A stretch of 32,000 nucleotides of DNA. It comes from Wolbachia endosymbiont strain TRS of Brugia malayi (GTDB taxonomy: Bacteria; Pseudomonadota; Alphaproteobacteria; Rickettsiales; Anaplasmataceae). The DNA lies in assembly GCF_000008385.1 (NCBI RefSeq), contig NC_006833.1, positions 720,001 to 752,000 on the forward strand, given 5' to 3'. The notes beneath the pieces are model-generated. The model did not search any database, had not been told where the DNA came from, and saw nothing but the letters and a program-made list of their open reading frames with translations. Each line of letters begins with the position of its first letter. Within the stretch, counting starts at the first letter, position 1. Shown in pieces: positions 13,769 through 23,116 of the stretch. Made by a program: the position numbers and the translations under genes.

Positions 13769-13981
13769 ATGAGAAATACTGATCAACAACAAGGTTTAGA
13801 TAGCAAAGAAAAAAGCTCAGAAGACCTTAAACCAGAGAAAAAACGTGAAATGAAAGAAGCAGCTGCAGAGTTGAAAGAAGGCATAAAAAAATCTGGTGCT
13901 GGCAATCAATCTGTTGGAACTGAAGTATCAAATCAAGCTACTACTCAAGATATTGACAATTCCAAAACAATGGAACATTAA
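13769..13981 (+). CDS. Hypothetical small hydrophilic, low-complexity protein; possibly a gene remnant
   Basis: 70-aa ORF rich in K/E/Q/S with no recognisable motif. It ends 1 nt before the convergent lpdA stop. Confidence 0.25.
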   Translation: MRNTDQQQGLDSKEKSSEDLKPEKKREMKEAAAELKEGIKKSGAGNQSVGTEVSNQATTQDIDNSKTMEH

Positions 13982-13982
13982 C

Positions 13983-15422
13983 TCAACTGTTTAACGACTC
14001 ATCATATGCAGCAAGTACTGATTCATGTATCATCTCTGAAATGGTTGGATGAGGGAAGACCACAGACTTTATGTCACAGTCTGTTCCTTCTAGCTGCTTT
14101 ACAAGGACAAAATTGCTAATTAACTCTGTTACTCCTACTCCTATCATGTGAGCTCCAAGAAGCTCACCTGTTTTTTTATCTATAATCACCTTTACTAACC
14201 CTTCGGTTTCACCTAGCGTAATAGATTTACCATTAAAGTTGGAATGAAACTTCCCTATTTTTATATCATACCCATCTTTTATTGCCTGCTCTTCAGTAAG
14301 GCCAACACTTGCTATTTGCGGATGAGAGTAAGTGCAATTTGGTATGCATTCTTTTCTTAACGCACGAACATTTTTACCAGCAATTCTTTCAATGCAGATC
14401 ACGGCTTCGTGGCTTGCTTTATGTGCTAAACATGGCGGACCAGCTATATCACCTATTGCATATACACTTGATTCATCAGTTTCATACCATTCATTCGTTT
14501 CAACAAAACCAGAAGCACTTAATTTAACTTTTGTATTTTCTAAACCTATACTTTCAGTGCTTGCCTGAATACCAACTGCAACAATTACCCTATCAAACTC
14601 TTTGCTTTCACCACTGCTTAGTTGCACTTTAATAGAGTTCTTACCTTTAGTAAAGGCTTTTACACTATTGTTTGTATATATTCTTATTCCCTTTCTTGTA
14701 AATATCTCTTGTGCCAAATTTGAAATATCTTTATCCTCCAGCGGCAAAATAGCGTTCTTTACCTCTATGATTGTTACATCAACTCCCAAAGTACTATAAA
14801 AACTCGCAAATTCTATTCCTATAGCACCAGACCCTATAATTAGTAGTGACTTTGGCAATCTATCCGGGGTCATAGCATGCTGTGCATTCCATAATAAATC
14901 TCCATCTGCTTCTATCCCATGCAGATTTCGCATTCTCACACCTGTTGCTAAAATAATATGTCTGGAAGAAATTTCTTGTTCCTCCCTACCACTAGAAACT
15001 TTTATAGTATGATTACCTGCAAGTTTACCAAAACCTTGGTAGACTTTAATGCCATTTTTTTTCATCAAATACGCAACACCGCTTGACAATTTACCAACAA
15101 CGTTCCTTGAGGATTTTACTATCGACTGTATATCAAAGCTTGCATCCTTTACTTTTATACCAAATTCCTCCGATCTTTTTATAAGTTCATAGACTTTGGA
15201 CGCTCTAAGTAGCGATTTAGTTGGTATACACCCCCAATTTAAACATATACCACCTAAACTTTTTTCCTTTTCAATAATTGCAGTTTTAAATCCAAGTTGT
15301 GCCGCTCTAATTGCTGCTATATAACCACCAGGACCGCTACCTATAACTACAATATCATACTCACTCACTAGTTTTCTCATATTCAAAAGACTATATATAA
15401 CAGATGGAATACGTGTAATCAA
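13983..15422 (-). CDS. lpdA: Dihydrolipoyl dehydrogenase (E3), paralog 1
   Basis: 479-aa ORF with FAD motif VVIGSGPGGY and redox disulfide CLNWGCIPTK. The C-terminal interface motif is HPTISE. The track start is TTG; the internal ATG about 14 codons downstream (MRKLVSEYDIVVIG...) is the more likely start. Confidence 0.92.
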   Translation of the reverse strand: MITRIPSVIYSLLNMRKLVSEYDIVVIGSGPGGYIAAIRAAQLGFKTAIIEKEKSLGGICLNWGCIPTKSLLRASKVYELIKRSEEFGIKVKDASFDIQSIVKSSRNVVGKLSSGVAYLMKKNGIKVYQGFGKLAGNHTIKVSSGREEQEISSRHIILATGVRMRNLHGIEADGDLLWNAQHAMTPDRLPKSLLIIGSGAIGIEFASFYSTLGVDVTIIEVKNAILPLEDKDISNLAQEIFTRKGIRIYTNNSVKAFTKGKNSIKVQLSSGESKEFDRVIVAVGIQASTESIGLENTKVKLSASGFVETNEWYETDESSVYAIGDIAGPPCLAHKASHEAVICIERIAGKNVRALRKECIPNCTYSHPQIASVGLTEEQAIKDGYDIKIGKFHSNFNGKSITLGETEGLVKVIIDKKTGELLGAHMIGVGVTELISNFVLVKQLEGTDCDIKSVVFPHPTISEMIHESVLAAYDESLNS

Positions 15423-15456
15423 TGACGTTACCTCTTGTTACTTAAATAGTTAAAAC

Positions 15457-15870
15457 TAGCATCTAGATCTTTCTAGCCACACAGAAACAGGACTAAAAAA
15501 CTACTTGACAAGCTTTATCATTCCTCTTACTACGGAATTTAGTTATTTTATAACTTTCCAATCTGGGCAGGTTAAAATGACAAGAAGATCTTGCATTTAG
15601 TGTACTACTGTTTAATTTTTCGCACTATGTGCACCGTTTTATAAAAGCTTTAGATTTTTACCTATACAAGCTGAAACGCGCTTATAAAGCGCTTAAGGTA
15701 TCACCCAATATCAAATAAAGTAAAGAGTTAATAATTAGCTACTTTGTTTCTTTTGCCTTTTTTCTATTTGGTAAATTTTTTAAATATCTATGGCTAACGT
15801 GAAGCCAACTTGTTAAATACAACAAATGATGTCAGTTACTCGCATGATACCTTGAAGATTTGAAAATCGT
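15457..15870 (+). repeat. Copy 2 of the dispersed intergenic repeat
   Basis: See copy 1. It lies between the divergent lpdA paralog 1 and the BamB-like gene. It contains TTGACA at 15505-15510 and a small conserved hairpin, gcgctt-ata-aagcgc, at 15678-15692. Confidence 0.75.
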
Positions 15871-15997
15871 TATTCCTATAAAGAATGCAACTGATTTTTT
15901 GTGAAAAAGCCCTACACTTTCAACATGCAATAAGAACATTTTTATTGTAATTAAGATTTCTAGCATGTATATTAATAAATCTTGTTTTCAATAAGTA

Positions 15998-17106
15998 ATG
16001 AAAGTAATAATTGTTATGATAATATTATCGTGTAGCAGCTACACAATGGCAAGTGAACGAATAAGTCTAGTGAATAAAAAATTATCCCAAGGATATGTGG
16101 CCCCAGTGCTCACAGAAAATAGTGTTATTCTGGCAGATAAGCATGGCACCTTGTATTCCTTTGATATTGACAACTCAAGGGTTATGAACTGGAAATTACA
16201 CCTTCCACACAGAAAAAAGATTGGTAACATAAGCCTATCGCGTTATGGAAGAAATGTTTTCTTTGTAGTAGATAACGTTCTACATGCAATAGATGCAAAA
16301 ACTGGAGAGATTCAATGGGAAAAAGAGCTGAGAGCTCCTGCAAGAGGAAAAGTAGTAGTAATAAATAATAAACTGATAGTTTTGACCATCGATAACTATC
16401 TGCATACGTTTGATGTAAAAGACGGCAGTCCTGCTTGGACTTACCAAATGGTATCAATGAGATTCGAGGTTTATACTCCATATCACCAGCAATTTTCAAC
16501 GATAAAATAATAGCACCATTTTCAAACGGTGAACTAATAGCCTTTAATGAAGATGGTAAAAAATTGTGGAGCCAAAAATTGTTCACAAACCTTTTTGATA
16601 CACCGCTCACAGATATAACTACCACACCAAGAGTATGTGACAACATTTTAATAGCCAAAAATAACTCTTACATTTATAGTATTGACGTAAAATCAGGAAA
16701 TATTTTATGGTCCAAGCCACTAAAGGTAAAAAGTGTATCAGACATTGAGTCATATTATAGTCCACTTATCCCTGTAAAGGAACAAAAAACAGGTGGTAGA
16801 ATTTTTATAGTGACTAAAGACAACAAAGTAATTGGCATCGATATACAAAGCGGAGAAGTAGTCTGGACGTCTGATTTAATAGAAAATACGCAATTATTTG
16901 CTCCAGTTATGTATGCTCATACGCTATGGGTTACAAGTAATAAAGGTTCAATGCTTGCTTTCCCTGGGTTTGAAAGTGTAGAAGAAACTATTAAAATACC
17001 GGGTAATGTGTTTCATACTCCAGTGTTTACCCATGGCAAGATATACATAACAACTGAAGGAAATGGTGTTTATTCTTTAGAAAATAGGTTCGTTTTTTAT
17101 GAATAA
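15998..17106 (+). pseudogene. PQQ-like beta-propeller (BamB-like) lipoprotein, split by a single frameshift
   Basis: ORFs 15998-16510 and 16435-17106 together read as one beta-propeller protein with repeated motifs (HAIDAKTGEIQW, TFDVKDGSPAW, SIDVKSGNILW, GIDIQSGEVVW). The N-terminus has a signal peptide and ILSC lipobox. The frames switch at about 16444-16452 (tac caa atg g); one extra A would read TYQNGINEIRG. Confidence 0.65.
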
Positions 17107-18487
17107 TTATGATCTGATTGTTATAGGTGGCGGTCCAAGTGGTTATAAGTGTGCTATCGCTGCTGCAAAACTTGGATTGAAAGTTGCTTGCATAGATAAA
17201 AATAGCATTTTTGGTGGCACATGTTTACGAGTTGGATGTATACCCTCTAAAGCGTTACTTCACTCCTCCTACCAGTATGTCTACACGAAAAATAACCTGC
17301 CAAAACTTGGCATAAAAACTAAAGATGTAAACTTCAACCTAAAAGAAATGCTAGGGTACAAGGACGCCAGAGTTCAGGAGCTTGGAAAAGGTATAGATTA
17401 TCTGTTTAATCTTTACAAAATTACTAAAATCAACGGCCTTGGAAAAATTACTTCTTTTGATCAAGATAGCCTCAAAGTTTCAGTTGAAGACAAGGTGTTG
17501 AAGACAAAAAACATAGTAATTGCAACCGGTTCCAACGTCAGTTCTTTACCAGGAATTAATATCGATGAGAAGAATATTATTTCATCCACTGGTGCATTAT
17601 CTTTAACTGAAGTGCCAAAAAAGCTCGTCGTAATTGGAGCTGGGGCAATAGGGCTTGAAATATCTTCCGTATGGAGCAGACTAGGGTCTGAAGTTATTGT
17701 AGTAGAATTTCTTGATAGAATTGCTGCAACAATGGATGGAGAATTAAGTAAGTCTTTGCTTTCCAGTCTACAAAAACAAGGAATAAAATTTATGCTTAGC
17801 ACTAAAGTTGAGAAAATAAAACAAAATAGTAATTCTTTGAGTGTGAAAGTTTCCTCTATTAAAGATAATCAAACGAATACTATAGAAACAGATAAGGTGC
17901 TCATTGCAGTAGGCCGCAAACCATGCACTGAGGATCTTGGTATCGATGAAAAAATAGAGGAAGATAACCGTGGTTTTATTCAAGTCAACAATAGATATGA
18001 AACTAATGTGAAAGGAATATTTGCCATTGGTGACGTGATCGGTGGAGCAATGCTTGCTCATAAAGCAGAAGAAGAAGGAGTGGCAGTTGCAGAGATAATA
18101 GCTGGGCAGTCCCCTCACGTTGATTATGAAATCATACCGTCGGTCATTTATACTCATCCTGCAGTTTCTTCAATTGGTAAAATTGAAGAGGAATTGAAAA
18201 GTGCTGGTCGAAAGTACAAAGTTGGTAAATGCCAATTTGCTGCAAACGGCAGAGCAAAAATCACTGATGATGCTGAAGGGTTCGTGAAAGTGCTAACTTG
18301 CAGTACAACAGATACAATATTAGGTGTGCATATCATAGGTGCATATGCTGATACGCTAATTAACGAGGCAGCGGTGGCAATGGCATACGGTGCAGCAGCA
18401 GAAGATATATATAGAATTTGTCACTCTCATCCTGACATAAATGAAGCTTTCCGTGATGCGTGCATAGATGCTTTCTTTAAAAAGTAA
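17099..18487 (+). CDS. lpdA: Dihydrolipoyl dehydrogenase (E3), paralog 2
   Basis: 462-aa ORF with IVIGGGPSGY, CLRVGCIPSK and C-terminal HSHPDINEA. Its start overlaps the end of the BamB-like ORF by 8 nt. Confidence 0.93.
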   Translation: MNNYDLIVIGGGPSGYKCAIAAAKLGLKVACIDKNSIFGGTCLRVGCIPSKALLHSSYQYVYTKNNLPKLGIKTKDVNFNLKEMLGYKDARVQELGKGIDYLFNLYKITKINGLGKITSFDQDSLKVSVEDKVLKTKNIVIATGSNVSSLPGINIDEKNIISSTGALSLTEVPKKLVVIGAGAIGLEISSVWSRLGSEVIVVEFLDRIAATMDGELSKSLLSSLQKQGIKFMLSTKVEKIKQNSNSLSVKVSSIKDNQTNTIETDKVLIAVGRKPCTEDLGIDEKIEEDNRGFIQVNNRYETNVKGIFAIGDVIGGAMLAHKAEEEGVAVAEIIAGQSPHVDYEIIPSVIYTHPAVSSIGKIEEELKSAGRKYKVGKCQFAANGRAKITDDAEGFVKVLTCSTTDTILGVHIIGAYADTLINEAAVAMAYGAAAEDIYRICHSHPDINEAFRDACIDAFFKK

Positions 18488-18489
18488 CT

Positions 18490-19668
18490 ATGGACTTAGG
18501 TCCAATCATTGAAAATTGGCATGAGTGGCTAAGGTGCTATAGGTCTTATTCATCTAACACTTTAGAATCATACATGAGGGATCTAAAAGATTTTATCAGT
18601 TTCCTCAGTGCTCACATTGGTGAAGAAGTAAATGTTGGCTCTTTGGAAAAATTGAGCGTACCTGAGCTCAGGAGTTGGTTTAGTTTTCGCTATGCAAGAG
18701 GTATAAACGCAAGATCTAACACTCGTGCATTATCAGTAATCAGAAACTTCTTCAAGTATATAAAAAACAATTATGAAGTAAACAATGAGGCTGTATTTTC
18801 CCTGTCAAGGCCAATTCAAAGAAGAACTTTGCCTAAAGCATTATCAATATCTGATATAAAAACTTTAGTAGATTTCTTCTTGCATAACTATTCTTTACAA
18901 GAAACTCACTCCTCTTTGTCATTCCAGTATGCGACCAAAAAAAAAGAATCGGTGCTAAGCACACAACTGTACAAACATTGCAATTTCAGCTTGCCAGGAT
19001 TCCAGTGCTCAGACACCAGAAAATTAATCATAAACAAGCGCACACTTTCGATCAAAAACTGGATTCCAGTGTTAAGCATTGGAACGACAGAAGGCAATAC
19101 AAAAACTTCAGTGAAAGAAATAAAATTGCTTGATTTAGGCGAACCTTGGATAATAAAAAGAGAAATTGCGATTATTGTCCTGTTATATGGCACAGGTTTA
19201 AGAATCAGTGAAGCATTGAATCTTAAAGTCAGTGATATCAGCAATGAAAGTTTAATAGTAACAGGTAAAGGAGATAAACAAAGACAGGTATTTATTCTTC
19301 CAGTAGTAAAAATGTTTATACAAGAATACGTAAAAGCTTGCCCTTATCTTAGTGTTAACAATGAAGCACAACATCTCTTTGTGGGAGTAAGAGGAAAAAA
19401 ATTAGGAAGAACTTATGTCGCTAATCGTTTGCAAAAAATAAGAAGAATGTTAAATTTGCCGGAAATTGTATCTCCACATGCATTCCGTCATAGCTTTGCT
19501 ACTCATTTGCTTCAAGAAAATGTTGACATAAGATTTATACAACAACTTCTTGGTCATTCAAGCCTCGAAACCACTCAGGTTTATACTCACCTAAATTATC
19601 AGGATGTTTTTAATATGTATAAAAATTTCCAACAGAGTCTGGAAAAAGATAAAAAGTTAAAACTCTAA
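18490..19668 (+). CDS. xerC: Tyrosine site-specific recombinase XerC/XerD family, carrying a large in-frame insertion
   Basis: 392-aa ORF whose N-terminal core-binding domain includes NTLESYMRDLKDF. Catalytic residues are intact (GLRISEAL Arg, HAFRHSFATHLL, LGHSSLETTQVYTH). It is about 85 aa longer than typical Xer proteins, and the extra sequence lies in the inter-domain linker. XerC is favoured over XerD but is not certain. Confidence 0.85.
   Translation: MDLGPIIENWHEWLRCYRSYSSNTLESYMRDLKDFISFLSAHIGEEVNVGSLEKLSVPELRSWFSFRYARGINARSNTRALSVIRNFFKYIKNNYEVNNEAVFSLSRPIQRRTLPKALSISDIKTLVDFFLHNYSLQETHSSLSFQYATKKKESVLSTQLYKHCNFSLPGFQCSDTRKLIINKRTLSIKNWIPVLSIGTTEGNTKTSVKEIKLLDLGEPWIIKREIAIIVLLYGTGLRISEALNLKVSDISNESLIVTGKGDKQRQVFILPVVKMFIQEYVKACPYLSVNNEAQHLFVGVRGKKLGRTYVANRLQKIRRMLNLPEIVSPHAFRHSFATHLLQENVDIRFIQQLLGHSSLETTQVYTHLNYQDVFNMYKNFQQSLEKDKKLKL
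18916..19090. repeat. Palindromic insertion element inside xerC (WPE/RPE-like)
   Basis: Terminal inverted segments are ttgtcattccagtatgc (18916-18932) and gcattggaacgacag (19076-19090), matching 13/15 with a 2-nt gap after reverse complementing. There are three ATTCCAGT motifs (18921, 18999, 19063). An internal hairpin, ttccagtg-ttaag-cattggaa, is also present. Confidence 0.55.
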
Positions 19669-19689
19669 ATCATCTTTTAGTCGATTGAG

Positions 19690-21335
19690 ACAGCCTGCAA
19701 CTTGATCGCGTTTAACATCCCTACTAAGCATTGTGTTAGCTTTAAACAACATTCTGCTGTAAGAAAAACCAATGTAGCCGGCAACAAGCGAAATGCATAT
19801 TGCTTAAATCAGATATTGTTAAACATGCACCAACAGCGCATATTCCCAAACAACGTAAAAGATGCAAAAGCGTAGTTGCTTTGTTTTCTATTCTGAGCGC
19901 TTGCTTCTGAGGTTTTTGGGTTCCACTATTTAAACTTTGGTTTTGAGTACAAAGTTGAGCATTTTCATTAGTAAGCCGAGCTATTTGACTCGTTGATTCA
20001 CTCTTTCTAGTTCTACTCGTTCCAAGTTTCTTTTTAATTGTGAAATTCTGCTAATTTTAACCGCTTCTTCATGCACAACCCTATTCAGCTTTTGCTCTTC
20101 TTCTATAAGTTGAGCTTTTGACTTTCAAGTTCATCTACAAGCTTTCACACAAACTGTTCAAAATCTACCGGTATATCATTTGTACTTGCAAAATGTTGCA
20201 CTGCACTTGCAGAAAATTCTTCATCTAGATAATTTATAATAGATCCGATTGGATCACTAATATTCCTCAATATAGCAGTAACAATTGCACGATTCATGAA
20301 ACAATTACCTTCTACCAACTTTTTTTTACATCATCTAAATTTTTCTACTAATAGCATCAGTTAATCGTTCTATAATAGCCAGTTCAATTATTTGCTTCAA
20401 TTGTACATTAAGCTCTATTGGAGGTGTCGACTTTATTTGACTAAAGTATAGATTTTTATGTTCTAAAAGCTTTATCAATACTTCTTGCTTATCTTGTGTT
20501 ATTCCTTCTAAACACGATTTGACGATCAGGTCAAGTGGTGTTTCTATTTCTCCATTTGGGCTATTCTTCAGCAATTAGGATTAAGTTTTGTATCCAATAG
20601 AACCTTCACTAGATAAACGTTTCTACTATGCAGAGGATTCAATAATTCTTTCCCTTTTTATGCTTTTTCAAATTCTAGTCTTATTGTATCCTCAAATCCT
20701 CTTGCAGTACAACCTAGAAGGTTCCTATATTCATAATCTCTAATATAAGTTTTTATCTTGAGGTGTGAGCAACATTTCTACTATATACTTAGCTCCAACC
20801 CAGCAAGCAATATGCAAGGCCTTATTTTTTTTCATATTAGAAGTTTCAACAGACTCCACCATATCATTGTATAAGTCACCTAAGTATACACACTCACCTT
20901 GATCATTTACACTATTCACAACTTGACCATTATTACAACATCTGTAATAACCTGGCCGTACCTCTGCCACTTTCCAACCACAAAATAAATATATTAGACG
21001 CCCAAATTGATCTCTCTTTCGTCTTTACTCACAAACAGATTGCTTACTTTGAGCATTAACATCGATATTTCTGTTTTTTGTATAAGCAACTTAGTCATTT
21101 CTTTCAGTGTAGGCTGATTACTGCTAGCTATGTAGGTATTAGCAACAGACATTAAAGGTGTCATACCTTCTTCATCAAACGTATTAACATCAGTACCTTC
21201 TGCTATAGCCCGTTCAAAATCTTCTAGGTTCTCATTATCAATAGCCTGAAATAGCTTTTGTGTTGACTCATTAAGTGGTCCAGGAGTTATCCAACTAAAT
21301 CCGTAACCAGTAGTACTTGTTCTATTACTATGCAC
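19690..21335 (-). pseudogene. Degraded ankyrin-repeat protein with C-terminal coiled-coil and hydrophobic tail
   Basis: Three ORF fragments (20994-21335, 20740-20970, 20335-20574) plus the inter-ORF reading contain ANK-like units. Examples are LFQAIDNENLEDFERAIAEGTDVNTFDEEGMTPLM, NKALHIACWVGAKYIVEMLL, LLNPLHSRNVYLVKVLLDTKLNPN and ETPLDLIVKSCLEGI. Downstream, 19700-20300 reads as heptad-like E/K/L/Q-rich sequence, then LGICAVGACLTI. Several stops and frame changes interrupt the reading. Confidence 0.65.
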
Positions 21336-21448
21336 ATCAAATCTACTTCAATAATTCACTATTACCATACAACAAAAAAAGAAAATAGTGATAAATCCTC
21401 CCTTCTTCTTAAAAAAGCAATCTTATACATTCCCTACTTTTTAACTCT

Positions 21449-22405
21449 TTATTTACTTGTGCATTCTAAAAACTTCTCTGCATCAAGTGCAGCCATGCAC
21501 CCTGTACCTGCTGCAACCACTGCTTGACGATATACCTTATCTTGAACATCACCTGCAGCAAACACCCCTGCTCTACTAGTTAAAGTTGTTCCAGGTTTTG
21601 TAATTATATAACCCTGCTCATCCATTTCAATAAAACTTTTGAAAACACCTGTATTTGGTGCATGCCCAATTGCAATGAATACCCCATTCACTCTCAATTC
21701 CTGGATTTCATCAATTTTCGTTGATTTAATTGTAATACCAGTAACTTTCTTTGGATTCTCTTCTCCAAGAACTTGTTCTACAGTATGATTCCATATGACT
21801 TTTATTTTATTATTCGCAAAGAGCCTGTCTTGCATTATCTTTTCCGCTCTCAATTTATCGCGCCTATGTATTAATATAACTTCTTTAGCAAAGCGAGTTA
21901 AGAATATTGCCTCTTCAACGGCGGTATTTCCTCCACCAATCACGGCTACAATCTTATTCCTAAAAAACGCACCATCACAAGTTGCACATGCTGAAACTCC
22001 GTAACCTTGAAATTTCCTTTCACTTTCCAAACCAAGCCACTTCGCTTGTGAACCAGCTGCAATTATAACTGCATTGGAATAGTAGTCATCGTTATTACCA
22101 GAAGACCTAAATTTATACTCATTAGAATACTCAAGTTGTTCAACGCTCTTTATTTCATCATTTACTATTTCTGCTCCCACCTTTTCTACATGCAACCTCA
22201 TTTGTTTCATTAGTTCTGGACCTTGTATTGAAACAAAACCAGGATAATTCTCAACACCCATAGTGATCGTAAGCTGGCCACCAGGCTGCATTCCTGTTAC
22301 TACAACTGGCTCCAAGTTTGCACGTGCTGCATATATAGCAGCAGCGTAACCTGCTGCCCCAGATCCAATAATAAGAACTTTTGTACCAAATCTATAATTC
22401 TTCAC
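21449..22405 (-). CDS. trxB: Thioredoxin-disulfide reductase
   Basis: 318-aa ORF with IIGSGAAGYAAA, redox centre CATCDG and the NADPH motif VIGGGNTAVEEA. Confidence 0.94.
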   Translation of the reverse strand: MKNYRFGTKVLIIGSGAAGYAAAIYAARANLEPVVVTGMQPGGQLTITMGVENYPGFVSIQGPELMKQMRLHVEKVGAEIVNDEIKSVEQLEYSNEYKFRSSGNNDDYYSNAVIIAAGSQAKWLGLESERKFQGYGVSACATCDGAFFRNKIVAVIGGGNTAVEEAIFLTRFAKEVILIHRRDKLRAEKIMQDRLFANNKIKVIWNHTVEQVLGEENPKKVTGITIKSTKIDEIQELRVNGVFIAIGHAPNTGVFKSFIEMDEQGYIITKPGTTLTSRAGVFAAGDVQDKVYRQAVVAAGTGCMAALDAEKFLECTSK

Positions 22406-23006
22406 TGTATGAGTTTAGATAATCAGTCACTCCTTCATCACTTGCCTGCATTGCTGGCTTGCCTTTCTTCCACCCAGCTGGACACACTTCACCATGCTCT
22501 TCATTATGTTTTATTGCATCAACGATTCTAATAAATTCATCCATATTACGCCCTAAAGGCATATCATTTATTGACTGGTGACGCACAATAAATTTATCAT
22601 CAATAACGAAAGTTGCCCTCAGTGCAATTGAGTCATCATATAACACTCCATAGTCTCTTGATATAGACTTTTTAATATCAGACACCAAAGTGTAGCTAAT
22701 TTCTCCGATACCACCATTGCTAACTGAAGTTTTTCGCCATTGATAATGCGAGAATTTTGAATCTACACTTATTCCTATTACTTCAACATCACGCTTTGCA
22801 AACTCACTTATTCTATTATTCAACGATATCAATTCAGTTGGACAAACAAAGGTAAAATCAAGTGGATAGAAAAGAAGGATAGCATACTTACCTTTTATGT
22901 GCTCACTCAGACAGAAGTCATCAACTATTTCCCCATTAGGAAGAACAGCTGGAGCAGTAAAATTGATAGCAGATTTTGTCACAAGATTCATAATTAACCT
23001 ATTCAT
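22392..23006 (-). CDS. 2-Cys peroxiredoxin (AhpC/Tsa family)
   Basis: 204-aa ORF with peroxidatic Cys context FYPLDFTFVCPTE and resolving Cys context HGEVCPAGW. It overlaps the trxB start by 14 nt. The true start may be the internal Met (MNLVTK...). Confidence 0.92.
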   Translation of the reverse strand: MNRLIMNLVTKSAINFTAPAVLPNGEIVDDFCLSEHIKGKYAILLFYPLDFTFVCPTELISLNNRISEFAKRDVEVIGISVDSKFSHYQWRKTSVSNGGIGEISYTLVSDIKKSISRDYGVLYDDSIALRATFVIDDKFIVRHQSINDMPLGRNMDEFIRIVDAIKHNEEHGEVCPAGWKKGKPAMQASDEGVTDYLNSYSEEL

Positions 23007-23116
23007 TTTAAAACATCTTTAATTTTACACCTTGAGAAATTTACATGCAAGTTTTCTTTAGTTTTACCACCTAAGGATCTTTTCCAATTAGCTGTCTCTA
23101 CTAGCCTAAAATACAC

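Noticed and set aside
15505-15540. TTGACA box within repeat copy 2, considered as a promoter for the BamB-like operon
   Set aside because: No convincing -10 hexamer lies at 16-19 nt spacing, and the box is about 490 nt from the start codon. It is kept only as a note within the repeat finding.
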